DNA of 58,437 bases from a virus (Duplodnaviria > Caudoviricetes), in the IMG/VR virus record IMGVR_UViG_3300027816_000115, positions 1 through 58,437 of that record, one strand, 5' to 3'. Shown piece by piece: positions 43,840-52,986 of this stretch. The position numbers were made by a program, and so were the translations under genes. A model generated the notes under the pieces. It did no database searches, was not told the DNA's origin, and worked only from the letters and a program-made list of their open reading frames with translations. Every line of letters starts with the position of its first letter. Positions within the stretch are counted from its first letter, which is position 1.

Positions 43840-46059
43840 TTATATTATTTTTGAAGTATTGCCACTATTATTATATTTCTTAAAATTTAAAGGCACAGAC
43901 CTTTTATCTGTTTCGTAAATAGGGGAGTACATGTGCCTATTGCATGCCATTATAGCTAAACCGGAACTAATAGAAGCATCGTGTTTTGTTCTATCATTAA
44001 TATTAAATCTTGCCCAGTCATTCAATGTCCTTTGAAAATACATATCCCCGTGATTGTCTCCTTGAACACCTACATAGTTTTCTATATAAGTTTCAATTGC
44101 AGCCGCATGAGCTTGTATAATATCTTGACCAGAGTTTGGTATACCGCCAATTTCTTTTTCAGTAGGGGATAATTTATTCCAAGTCTTATCCGGTCTATTC
44201 ATAGAAAAACCTCTATATCCTCTGCGCTTAAAATAATACAGCAATCGAGCTTTATTATTCTCTGCTAATATAGGCATTCCATAAAACACACAAGCCATTA
44301 AAACTTCTTCAAAAAATATTTCGGCTGTTTGAGGCCTAGCTATATATTCTAAAAAGAAATGGTTTGCAGGAATATTTTCCATTGAAAATTTTGTTAATCC
44401 ATGCAAGGATCCATTAGATCCCCTTGTATCAACAGTTCCTGATATATCATAACTATCACACCCAAAAGCGCCACAATGTTCATTACCAGGATATTTAAAC
44501 CCATCTTTTATTATTACGCGGTTTTGTAAGTATTTATCCGGAACCCAACTAACTAAAAATCTGCCATCAGGATTTGGGTAAAATAATACTTTAGAATCTT
44601 GTATTCCATTCTCCCATTGAAAACTTCCTCTTGTTATAACATTTGTATTTCGTAAATCATCATTATAATCAATCTGCTCATATATCTTTGTCAGATTAAA
44701 TAATGCTTGTTTTGCCTCATCTCTAAATGCGTGTTGTTCTGTTCTTGGAAATTGTCGATAATATTCATTTAAAGCATCTGAGTTTCCTTTTAAACCTTCA
44801 ACTTCATTTTGCCAATGCTCAATAACTCCTATCTCAATCCAATTACCGTCAACGCCCTTTATAGGTTTTTCCGGAGTGTCGAAGACAGGTAAGCCATAAG
44901 TATCAATGAATCCCTCGTACGACCATTCCATAGGTATGAACAAACTATATAATCCTGAAGCAGTCTGTCCATTGCGGTTTCTTTTCGTAATGTCGGATTC
45001 ATAATAAAGCTTTTTAAAATTTTCGCCTCCCTTATCTAAAGCATTTGATGTTGAACCCATCATACACTTACCAATAATTCTTGCTCCTAATCGTAAACAA
45101 GTTTTAGTAACTCGCCAGTTGTTTAATATATTATCTGGACGTTCCCATTTACCACTTTCGTCATGTACTAATAACTTTAACTTTTCACCATCATAAGAGT
45201 TGTCTCCAGTGTTTTTCCAGTCAATAGTTGTATCTAGTCCATCTAATTCTTCTAACTTTTCATTAGCATCAAGTTTCTTACGAGTAAGCTTTGATGCTGG
45301 TATTCTATATGCTAATTCTGTTTTTGGTCTATCCATACCATCCTGGATAGGTTTAAAAAAGAATGGGTAATTTATAGATATTGGTACAACTTTGTCTGTA
45401 AACATTTTTTTAGCGTCTGCTCCCGACTTAGAAAGTATACCATATCTTGAATCACTTGATATGGTCGCTTGATTAACTAATTCTGCAGATGACATAAATG
45501 AAAATCCTGAACGTCTATTTTTTAAATAGGCCATACCATAACATCTATTGTCTGCTTTACAAGCTTCCCAAAATATAAAGAATAATCTATTAGATTCTCT
45601 AAAATCTGGCGCACCAATATCTATCTTGCTCCATTGCAAGTACATATAATGAGTACCCGTTATATAAGTTGGTTTTCCGTTATTATAAAATGAAAAACCC
45701 TCTTCTCTATTTTTAAATTCTTGATCAATATAATCATACCAATTTTCTTTAAAAGTATCTGGATATTTGTTCCAGTCAAAAACACTTTTTATTTTTGACA
45801 ATTCTTTTGGTAATTCTATTTGTTCCCAATATTGATCTTGTGGTTTATTAGACCTTTTATATGCATCCTCTATTAAAGGTAAAGCAATTTTAAGGTTTTG
45901 AATTTCATATATTTCACCAATCTTGCCTGTCTTACTTATAACAACAACATCATGCTCGCGGTTATAACCGTACTCCCATTTGTTATGTCTGTTCTTTTGT
46001 TTTATTATATTTGGCTTAATATGATCAGTGACTTCTCTATATAAAGTTTGTTCGTACAT
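43840..46059 (-). CDS. terL: Terminase large subunit
   Basis: KNRRSGFS Walker A, LLVHDESGKW Walker B, GCDSYD nuclease, HDASISSG. Confidence 0.88.
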   Translation of the reverse strand: MYEQTLYREVTDHIKPNIIKQKNRHNKWEYGYNREHDVVVISKTGKIGEIYEIQNLKIALPLIEDAYKRSNKPQDQYWEQIELPKELSKIKSVFDWNKYPDTFKENWYDYIDQEFKNREEGFSFYNNGKPTYITGTHYMYLQWSKIDIGAPDFRESNRLFFIFWEACKADNRCYGMAYLKNRRSGFSFMSSAELVNQATISSDSRYGILSKSGADAKKMFTDKVVPISINYPFFFKPIQDGMDRPKTELAYRIPASKLTRKKLDANEKLEELDGLDTTIDWKNTGDNSYDGEKLKLLVHDESGKWERPDNILNNWRVTKTCLRLGARIIGKCMMGSTSNALDKGGENFKKLYYESDITKRNRNGQTASGLYSLFIPMEWSYEGFIDTYGLPVFDTPEKPIKGVDGNWIEIGVIEHWQNEVEGLKGNSDALNEYYRQFPRTEQHAFRDEAKQALFNLTKIYEQIDYNDDLRNTNVITRGSFQWENGIQDSKVLFYPNPDGRFLVSWVPDKYLQNRVIIKDGFKYPGNEHCGAFGCDSYDISGTVDTRGSNGSLHGLTKFSMENIPANHFFLEYIARPQTAEIFFEEVLMACVFYGMPILAENNKARLLYYFKRRGYRGFSMNRPDKTWNKLSPTEKEIGGIPNSGQDIIQAHAAAIETYIENYVGVQGDNHGDMYFQRTLNDWARFNINDRTKHDASISSGLAIMACNRHMYSPIYETDKRSVPLNFKKYNNSGNTSKII

Positions 46060-46331
46060 TATTTAGACCTCCCTTCTGCAAATCCTTTAAAAACTTTTAC
46101 TTCTGTAGTTTTTTCAGACTCCTCTATCATTCGCTCTTCTTCTTGTATTCTATTAAGGATTTCAAGGGCATCAAAAATAGCTAGCTTTTTTGTAGCTGCT
46201 GCGTTCTTTAATCTATCAGCAGATATATCATCTCCACTATCTACAATTTTTTCTTCAGCTACTTTTATTAATTCCTCAACTGCTTTTTGCCCAGCTCGGA
46301 TTATATTCAGCTTCGTTTCCTTTATATTCAT
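46059..46331 (-). CDS. Putative terminase small subunit
   Basis: Small helical ORF coupled directly upstream of TerL. Confidence 0.5.
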   Translation of the reverse strand: MNIKETKLNIIRAGQKAVEELIKVAEEKIVDSGDDISADRLKNAAATKKLAIFDALEILNRIQEEERMIEESEKTTEVKVFKGFAEGRSK

Positions 46332-46887
46332 ATTTAATTACAATATCATTAGATTTCATACAATATAATCTCTGGCCATCTATAATAAACTCAAATTCAC
46401 CATAAGGTTTATATCCAACTAGGTCACCAGGAGTGATTTTAAGCTTGTTTAAGGAATCATTTCCATATTTTAATATTCCAATATGTTTACGTTCTTTATC
46501 TAGCTTAAATTGATCAGTATTCTTTATAGGTTTTACAAAACAACGATCCCCATAAGATTTCCATTCACCATCTCTATTATATAAATAGATTTGATCCGAT
46601 GAACAAAAATATAAATCTTCTTTAAAATATGATCGACTATTCTTTTGTTTACCTTTAATATCATAAAAGCGTCTAAATACATTATGATGTATTACAACAA
46701 TATCACCAGGTTTTATATCCGTTTCAAAAGCTAAAGGCACAGAAACAACTTCTGCTAATTTATTAACTGATTTAAAACTTTCTATTCTGGTATTCAATAT
46801 TAATTGATTCCCATCAATATCAATGCTGTTATTGTATCTAGATCCTACCGGTTTAATTATAAAATCAAATACAGCTGTCATATTCAT
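46276..46887 (-). CDS. Tandem GroES-like (co-chaperonin fold) protein
   Basis: Two repeats: IIKPV..IKPGDIVV and FVKPI..ITPGDLV.Y..FIIDGQRLYCMKSNDI. Confidence 0.55.
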   Translation of the reverse strand: MNMTAVFDFIIKPVGSRYNNSIDIDGNQLILNTRIESFKSVNKLAEVVSVPLAFETDIKPGDIVVIHHNVFRRFYDIKGKQKNSRSYFKEDLYFCSSDQIYLYNRDGEWKSYGDRCFVKPIKNTDQFKLDKERKHIGILKYGNDSLNKLKITPGDLVGYKPYGEFEFIIDGQRLYCMKSNDIVIKYEYKGNEAEYNPSWAKSS

Positions 46888-47111
46888 TAGTATTCTAAAT
46901 CATATTCAACAGATATTGCCATATTTGAATTAAATTTTTTCCATGGCATTACTTCATCTTCTTTCTTAATATATATATTGTAGGAGTTGTCCTTTTCATC
47001 AAATAGTATATAGGAGATTTTATGCCCCCCGTATACTTCTTGGTTTATTGAATAGTGCATAGCGTTTTCTTTATAATCTGGTCCAATGCTTATTTTTCTT
47101 ATAGAATTCAT
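46887..47111 (-). CDS. Hypothetical protein
   Basis: ORF track; IRKISIGPDYKENAMHY. Confidence 0.65.
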   Translation of the reverse strand: MNSIRKISIGPDYKENAMHYSINQEVYGGHKISYILFDEKDNSYNIYIKKEDEVMPWKKFNSNMAISVEYDLEY

Positions 47112-47440
47112 TTTTTTAAATATTTAATTGCATTTATAAACATTTCTATGTTATCATTAAAATGAGCCAGCCCTAAATTACATTTTCTGCATAAAATACC
47201 CCTAATATTGCCGGATAAATGGCAATGATCAATAACTTTATCTTTTCCAAAGCATTTTGATTTACATATTTCGCAAGTATCTTCTAATAATAAGTCTAAG
47301 ACTTGTTCTTCCGTAATTTTATATCTCAAAGCTCTACACTTTAAATTTCTACAAGACCTACAATATCTGCTATTATCAACTAATTCGGATTCTATCAAAC
47401 ACAATTTACATGAACCAGTTTTTCTAACTATTGAATCCAT
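47108..47440 (-). CDS. Endonuclease VII-like (His-Me) nuclease, copy 2
   Basis: CEIC...IDHCHLSGNIRGILCRKCNLGL. Confidence 0.8.
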   Translation of the reverse strand: MDSIVRKTGSCKLCLIESELVDNSRYCRSCRNLKCRALRYKITEEQVLDLLLEDTCEICKSKCFGKDKVIDHCHLSGNIRGILCRKCNLGLAHFNDNIEMFINAIKYLKK

Positions 47441-47694
47441 TATTGCTCTTGATTTGGTGTTTGCTCAATCTCAGTATATGATCCATCAGATAGATCGATA
47501 TTGATTGCTCCGTATTCTTTTTCCAATTCAAGTTTGAATTCTTCTGAGTTTCTATTTACTTCAGCAACTTGATGTAATAACGCATGTTTTTGTGTTTCTA
47601 ATAAACCAATATTAGATAGTAATGTCGCTAAGTCTTTTTGATGCTTAGTAATAGTTTCTAATTGTTCTTTTGTAATTTGTCTTACTACTTCCAT
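47440..47694 (-). CDS. Small coiled-coil protein
   Basis: ORF track; start moved to MEVVRQ so it does not overlap the tRNA. Confidence 0.6.
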   Translation of the reverse strand: MEVVRQITKEQLETITKHQKDLATLLSNIGLLETQKHALLHQVAEVNRNSEEFKLELEKEYGAINIDLSDGSYTEIEQTPNQEQ

Positions 47695-47720
47695 TTTATT
47701 TAATTTAATTGTTAATATAG

Positions 47721-47793
47721 TAGCAACGTCATGGAATCGAACCAAGTTATGCGGGCTTATGAGACCCGTGAGATACCTTACCTCCCACCTGCT
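47721..47793 (-). tRNA. tRNA-Met(CAT)-like, imperfect acceptor and T stems
   Basis: CGGGT-CTCATAA-GCCCG anticodon arm; GGTTCGATTCC T loop; AGCAGGT/ACGTTGCT acceptor with a bulge. Confidence 0.65.
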
Positions 47794-48029
47794 ATTTTTT
47801 TAAATATTCTGTTATATAAACTTTCTTTTTTTAATGACACTTCTAAAACAATGTCACCAGGAAAAGTATAATCTCTCCCTGGCTTCATTACTTTTTTATT
47901 ACCTAAATTATCTATACCTAAAACATCAAACTCAACATCTTTCATTGTTATGTTACCACTAGGTATTACATTATATGGTTTGTTTTTGTCTTTGCTATTT
48001 TTTTTATAGCCTGTTTTAGATATATTCAT
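47778..48029 (-). CDS. Small putative virion protein
   Basis: IPSGNITMKDV..VLGIDNLG..MKPG.DYTFPG. Confidence 0.6.
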   Translation of the reverse strand: MNISKTGYKKNSKDKNKPYNVIPSGNITMKDVEFDVLGIDNLGNKKVMKPGRDYTFPGDIVLEVSLKKESLYNRIFKKIAGGR

Positions 48030-48031
48030 AA

Positions 48032-48541
48032 TTATCTAGTTGTAATTCTTCCTCTGTTTTTCATAGATTGAATTTGTTCCGGAGTGCTAGGGGCTGTTCT
48101 TCCAGATCCTAAATTTGCAAATCCTGCATTTTTACTAGCTTGAGACGTTTTAATCTTATTTGCTCTTTCAACATCTTTTACTAATTTTTCAGCTTCTGCA
48201 CCTCCTGTTGGAGAAGTTGGATTCCATTGAACACTTTTCACAAGTCCTCCTTTAGTGTCTCGTTCTTCAAGAAACCCACCTACTTTTTTTGTAGTGTGAA
48301 TTGCAGGATTACTTTTTGCAACACCAGATTGTGGGTCTAAAGAAATTTGTTGACCTTTTTCAATATTTTCTTTACCTTTATTAGACTCAATAGCTTTATT
48401 AAATTTATCAACAGCTGTTGTGTGCTTTTTTGTATATTCAAAATCAAGTTGCTTCATTGGAGAACAACTCATTAACGTTGGAGGAAGACCTCTTCCTGTT
48501 TTAGGCATAGATCCTCTGCCTGGTGTTTGTTTGTAAGCCAT
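48032..48541 (-). CDS. Basic low-complexity putative virion protein
   Basis: MAYKQTPGR...SPMKQ. Confidence 0.6.
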   Translation of the reverse strand: MAYKQTPGRGSMPKTGRGLPPTLMSCSPMKQLDFEYTKKHTTAVDKFNKAIESNKGKENIEKGQQISLDPQSGVAKSNPAIHTTKKVGGFLEERDTKGGLVKSVQWNPTSPTGGAEAEKLVKDVERANKIKTSQASKNAGFANLGSGRTAPSTPEQIQSMKNRGRITTR

Positions 48542-48551
48542 TTTTTTTGTT

Positions 48552-48908
48552 TTAATTGTTTAGTTTTCTTTTATATATTAACGTGCCAGAATGTTTTGAT
48601 ACAACATCTTCTACCATAGTATCATTATTTAAAAAAACAACTTTACCAACCGCTGCCCAATTATTAGGAGCATAATATGTTTCCATATAAAGAGCTCCTT
48701 CGTGAATTTTATATGACAGAACATCAATTGGTTCATTGATTTCTTTTAATATAATAGTTATTTTTAATTCTTTTTTATTCACAATCTTAAATTCAACATT
48801 GTGAAATTCTGTTTCCCAATTACCTTCTAAAAATTTAGGTGTTAATTTTTGAGCATTAACAAATGAAAAAGCCAATAATAATACTAATGTTAATAATAAA
48901 TTTTTCAT
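48552..48908 (-). CDS. Secreted protein (lipocalin-like beta-barrel?)
   Basis: Signal peptide MKNLLLTLVLLLAFSFVNA; FLEGNW. Confidence 0.55.
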   Translation of the reverse strand: MKNLLLTLVLLLAFSFVNAQKLTPKFLEGNWETEFHNVEFKIVNKKELKITIILKEINEPIDVLSYKIHEGALYMETYYAPNNWAAVGKVVFLNNDTMVEDVVSKHSGTLIYKRKLNN

Positions 48909-48949
48909 AATAAATTAAATTAAAGTTATAATATTATTATTACGCAAAT

Positions 48950-49264
48950 TTATTGTTTTTTATAAGCTTCCATCTCCCATGGTAGGTTTTTGGCACCCTC
49001 ATTCATATTAGAGCGAGAGTACCTTTTTCCTTTCCAATAAACATTGTTTTCATCGTATCCTAAATCGCCTCTTTTTATTTGATCTACATGTACCATCTCA
49101 TGTTCAACCGTTTTATTCTTTTTTAGCTCAATAGGAGATACATTCTTATTTATTAGTATTGTACCATTTGATTGCGCCATTCCGAGAATATTGTCATCCA
49201 TGTCCTTACTATATATTGGCGTATTATGCATATTATAAGGAGGACCTGACATTTTAAATGCCAT
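48950..49264 (-). CDS. Small zincin metallopeptidase
   Basis: GTILIN...HEMVH...PWEMEAY. Confidence 0.7.
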   Translation of the reverse strand: MAFKMSGPPYNMHNTPIYSKDMDDNILGMAQSNGTILINKNVSPIELKKNKTVEHEMVHVDQIKRGDLGYDENNVYWKGKRYSRSNMNEGAKNLPWEMEAYKKQ

Positions 49265-49270
49265 GCTTAT

Positions 49271-49540
49271 TTAGCATTTTTTCATTTTAGCAACAGGTAA
49301 CTTTTTTTTAGCCATACCTTTTTTCTGCATAACCGGAGTCGTTGATGTTTTTGTTTTAACAGCTACATTTTTGCCTCCTGGCTTTGGCTCAGGCGTTGTT
49401 GTTTTTGTTGCAGTAGTTGCTGCTGTAGAAGCAGGTGATGCTTTTTTTGCTTTAGCTGCTGCTCTTCTTCCTTGAGCTTTAGACCCAGATTGCACTTTTG
49501 ACCTAACTTCACTTATTACTTCTTGTGCTACGTTTCTCAT
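49271..49540 (-). CDS. Lys/Ala/Thr-rich basic protein
   Basis: ORF track. Confidence 0.55.
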   Translation of the reverse strand: MRNVAQEVISEVRSKVQSGSKAQGRRAAAKAKKASPASTAATTATKTTTPEPKPGGKNVAVKTKTSTTPVMQKKGMAKKKLPVAKMKKC

Positions 49541-49560
49541 CTTATTTATATTTTTAATAT

Positions 49561-49728
49561 TTATTTTTTATTTTTTATCTTGTTTTCAAAATGACTATGT
49601 ATTTTAATAATAGTATAACCAATAGAAAGCATAAGTAAAATTATTTTTAATATTGGCTCAATGGCTGTTAATGATAAAGAAAAAGCTATTATATTTAAGC
49701 CATATAGTCTAATGTCTTCTACTCCCAT
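49561..49728 (-). CDS. Small membrane protein (holin-like), 55 aa
   Basis: Hand-read MGVEDIRLYGLNIIAFSLS...; two hydrophobic helices and a basic tail; TAATG overlap. Confidence 0.5.
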   Translation of the reverse strand: MGVEDIRLYGLNIIAFSLSLTAIEPILKIILLMLSIGYTIIKIHSHFENKIKNKK

Positions 49729-49943
49729 TACATTCTACATTTTGCTCGTTGTGTAATAGGCGAAGAGTCATATTTGCATCCAGCAAGTTTTATTTTCATT
49801 CCGTTCTTACCACTACTAGATCCTTCTCCTTTAGGGTAATTAGTCATATCTAATGGTCCATCCCACAAATGATTTAATCCAGAAACACCTGGTTTTTCCA
49901 TTTTAATTAAGTGAGGTTCTTTTTCGTTATTAATGAATTTCAT
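49728..49943 (-). CDS. Hypothetical protein
   Basis: ORF track. Confidence 0.55.
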   Translation of the reverse strand: MKFINNEKEPHLIKMEKPGVSGLNHLWDGPLDMTNYPKGEGSSSGKNGMKIKLAGCKYDSSPITQRAKCRM

Positions 49944-49960
49944 AATTTTTTAATTTATAA

Positions 49961-50248
49961 TTAGTAGGTTAGTTTATTCATTTGTGTAGGACTAATAGCT
50001 CTATCATAAGTTCCTTCCATTGGTACACCAAAAGCACCAGTCATTGTAGCTTGAGCATTTGGATTAAATGTTACAGGAGCACCACTTGGTTTTATACCTG
50101 GATTAAATGACTTAGGCGTTGGTGGTGTAATAGGAGTAATAGGAGAACTCATATCTGTAACAGTCGGAGTGCTTGGCGTTATTGTTGGATTATTTATAGC
50201 CGCACTAGGGTTACTCACAGGATTCATTAATTTACTACTGTATCTCAT
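49961..50248 (-). CDS. Pro/Thr-rich hypothetical protein
   Basis: ORF track. Confidence 0.55.
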   Translation of the reverse strand: MRYSSKLMNPVSNPSAAINNPTITPSTPTVTDMSSPITPITPPTPKSFNPGIKPSGAPVTFNPNAQATMTGAFGVPMEGTYDRAISPTQMNKLTY

Positions 50249-50691
50249 CTTGTTTTATCTTTGTTTAAATTATTTATTGCTGTTCGTAATACAATATCAG
50301 TATATGTATTATTTTTCATTATTTTATTACTTCTTGCTGTTGTTGGAATATCCTCTTCTCCAAGCATAATTCGGTACATTCTATTTATTAGTTGTTTGCA
50401 CTTGAAAGAAACTTTATATATGTTATATTTCTGGGTTGTATGGTTTCTATTTCTCCATACTACTATCCATCCTTCTTTTAACAAATTGTTCCAGCGCCTA
50501 TTATCCCAACTATATGCGTATGTACCTATCTTATAATCTTGCTTGGTAAAATATTCCATGCAATCAAAATATACTAATAATTCTAAATCAGCATCTGTAA
50601 GATCATAATTTCTACAAGCCCATTTACGTATTACTCTATAATGCTTTAATATCCCAAGATCCTTTATATCTTTTGCTTCTAGTTTTCTCAT
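50245..50691 (-). CDS. Winged-helix-like DNA-binding protein
   Basis: YDLTDADLELLVY...LLKEGWIV...YKVSFKCK. Confidence 0.55.
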   Translation of the reverse strand: MRKLEAKDIKDLGILKHYRVIRKWACRNYDLTDADLELLVYFDCMEYFTKQDYKIGTYAYSWDNRRWNNLLKEGWIVVWRNRNHTTQKYNIYKVSFKCKQLINRMYRIMLGEEDIPTTARSNKIMKNNTYTDIVLRTAINNLNKDKTR

Positions 50692-50948
50692 AGAACTATT
50701 ACAACATCCTGCAATCTTATAACCTGGTAATCGTTTCCTTCGAACTCTATTCCATGACCCGCAGCCTTATCATAGTAAATAACATCTGCTTGCTTTATAC
50801 ATTTAATATCATCACTTACTGAAACTACAATAGCTTCTTTATATCGGATGTTTTCTTTATCTTTTTCTTTTAATAATAATCCGTTTTCTGTTTTTGATAA
50901 TCCTACCTTCTTAGGTAAAATTATAATGTTATTACCTATTGCCTTCAT
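50688..50948 (-). CDS. groES: Co-chaperonin GroES
   Basis: MKAIGNNIIILP..TENGLLL..VVSV..YQVIRLQDV; adjacent to groEL. Confidence 0.8.
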   Translation of the reverse strand: MKAIGNNIIILPKKVGLSKTENGLLLKEKDKENIRYKEAIVVSVSDDIKCIKQADVIYYDKAAGHGIEFEGNDYQVIRLQDVVIVL

Positions 50949-52494
50949 TGATTCTTAAATTATTAATTACACAATCAGTTGACAATATTGTAATAGCTAC
51001 AGATGCTGCATTTTGTAATGCGCTTTTTGTAACAGATAAAGGATCTATAATTCCTGCTTCAATCATATTAACTACTTCTCCTGTTATTGCATTTAATCCG
51101 GATCCTTCTAAGCGATTATCTTTATAATCTGGTATATCAATACCTGCGTTAGTTAATATTGTCTTAAACGGAGCCTTAATAGCTTCTAACAACACATCTC
51201 CTCCATTTTTAATAACTTCAATTTTATTAGAAGCATCTAAAAGAGCAATTCCTCCTCCAGGAACAATACCCTCTTTGATTGCGGCTTTAGTTGCGCAAAT
51301 CGCGTCTTCAACTCTATCTGCTTTTTCTTTTAATTCAATATCAGAACCAGCGCCAACTTTCACTACTGCTACTTTGGCAGATAATCTAGCAAGTCTTCTT
51401 TCTAATCTGATTACTTCTCCTGGTTGTAGGTTGCCTTCTAACTGTGATTTTAATTCATTAATTAAAGTTTGAACTTCATCCGTAGTTTCTCCTACATGTA
51501 ATATGGTTTCTGTATCGTTAGTTATTGACTTTAAACAACTACCTAAACAGCTTATATCTATAAGATCCATATCATCACCAAGATCTTCATTTATAATAGT
51601 AGCGCCTGTTAACAATGCCAAATCAGATAATGTATCTTTTTTGCTTACGCCATAAGTTGGTGCATTGATAACATTTACTTTTATATTTCCTTTCACTTTA
51701 TTCATTGCCAGAGCAGTTAAAACAGTTTGCTCCATATCTGCAATTATAAGCAAAGGTTTATTTGCTTTTATAACGTATTCTAAAACCGATTGTATTTGCC
51801 TTATTGTTTCAACTGGAGATTCAACAAGTAATACTAATGGATTTTCTAATTCAGCAACTCTCTTGTTTGGATTAGTAATAAAATGTGAATTTACTAAGCC
51901 TTTATCATATTGAACACCATCAATAACTTCTATTTCAGTTTCTGCATTTGGTGATGTTTCCATCATAACTATTCCCGTTTCACCAACAGCTCTAAAAGCA
52001 TCCGCAATAATTTTACCTAAGTTAGCATCATTGTTTGCTGATATAGTAGCAATGTTATCTATCATATCTCCAGTCACTGGTACTTTAATAGATTCTAAAT
52101 ATGCAACAACTTGTTCTACTGTTGATTCAATACCTTCTTTTAATTCTCTTTGACTTAATGAATCCTGAGCTGCATAAGCTTTTTCTAAAATTGCATGAGC
52201 TAATACCGTAGCGGTTGTTGTTCCATCTCCTGCTTCCTTAACCGTTTTTCTAGCAGCTTCTTTCAAAAGTCTTGCTCCCATATTTTCTACGGGATCTAAT
52301 AATGTAATACTATCCGCAACTGTAACACCATCTTTTGTGATTAGTGGTCTACCCTTACTATCTTCTAGCATTACACATTTTCCACCAGCACCTAACGTTG
52401 AACTAACAGCTTTTGTAAGTTTCTCGATACCAGCAAAAACATTATTCCTAGCTTCTTTGCCAAAGCTAAGATTCTTTACTATTTCATCACTCAT
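50932..52494 (-). CDS. groEL: Chaperonin GroEL
   Basis: ITKDGVTVA, AGDGTTTATVLA, EGIVPGGG. Confidence 0.95.
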   Translation of the reverse strand: MSDEIVKNLSFGKEARNNVFAGIEKLTKAVSSTLGAGGKCVMLEDSKGRPLITKDGVTVADSITLLDPVENMGARLLKEAARKTVKEAGDGTTTATVLAHAILEKAYAAQDSLSQRELKEGIESTVEQVVAYLESIKVPVTGDMIDNIATISANNDANLGKIIADAFRAVGETGIVMMETSPNAETEIEVIDGVQYDKGLVNSHFITNPNKRVAELENPLVLLVESPVETIRQIQSVLEYVIKANKPLLIIADMEQTVLTALAMNKVKGNIKVNVINAPTYGVSKKDTLSDLALLTGATIINEDLGDDMDLIDISCLGSCLKSITNDTETILHVGETTDEVQTLINELKSQLEGNLQPGEVIRLERRLARLSAKVAVVKVGAGSDIELKEKADRVEDAICATKAAIKEGIVPGGGIALLDASNKIEVIKNGGDVLLEAIKAPFKTILTNAGIDIPDYKDNRLEGSGLNAITGEVVNMIEAGIIDPLSVTKSALQNAASVAITILSTDCVINNLRINEGNR

Positions 52495-52551
52495 AATTTA
52501 ATTGAATTTAATTTAATATATATATTACCTGTTTTAAGCGAAATTTACATA

Positions 52552-52980
52552 TTATATACTTCTTAATTGAAAGTGCATCCCATCTTTCCTAGTCCATACT
52601 CCACCCCATTCAAAACCACAATCCGTAAAGCACTTTACTAATCTAGGTGACATAGTAGGTTCTTTACCTAAACCATTCCAAGCAGCATTTATATCTATGG
52701 CTATTCCCCAAGAATGCAAAGACATTGACTTCAATCCTCTTTTTCTTCTAACGTTAAAACAACCGTCCCATGTTTTTAGTTCCTCTATTAAGCCTCTATC
52801 TTTTATGTTAGAGAAAGCTTGCATTAACGGCCCTATCATTAACTTATTACAATACAGTCTTTTTGGAATAACACCTAATTCTAAATGTGTAGGTACATCC
52901 CATAAAGTCATATACTTTAATTCATTAGTTGGAATCGTTGGATCTCCCCATTTTTTTAAACATTCTGCACTTGTTACCAT
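52552..52980 (-). CDS. Endolysin, peptidase M15 family
   Basis: SLHSWGIAIDIN...WGG.W..KDGMHFQ. Confidence 0.85.
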   Translation of the reverse strand: MVTSAECLKKWGDPTIPTNELKYMTLWDVPTHLELGVIPKRLYCNKLMIGPLMQAFSNIKDRGLIEELKTWDGCFNVRRKRGLKSMSLHSWGIAIDINAAWNGLGKEPTMSPRLVKCFTDCGFEWGGVWTRKDGMHFQLRSI

Positions 52981-52986
52981 TACTTA

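Noticed and set aside
13962-46059. Introns or inteins in thyA, nrdJ or terL
   Set aside because: All are continuous, of normal length, and show no intein or splice signatures
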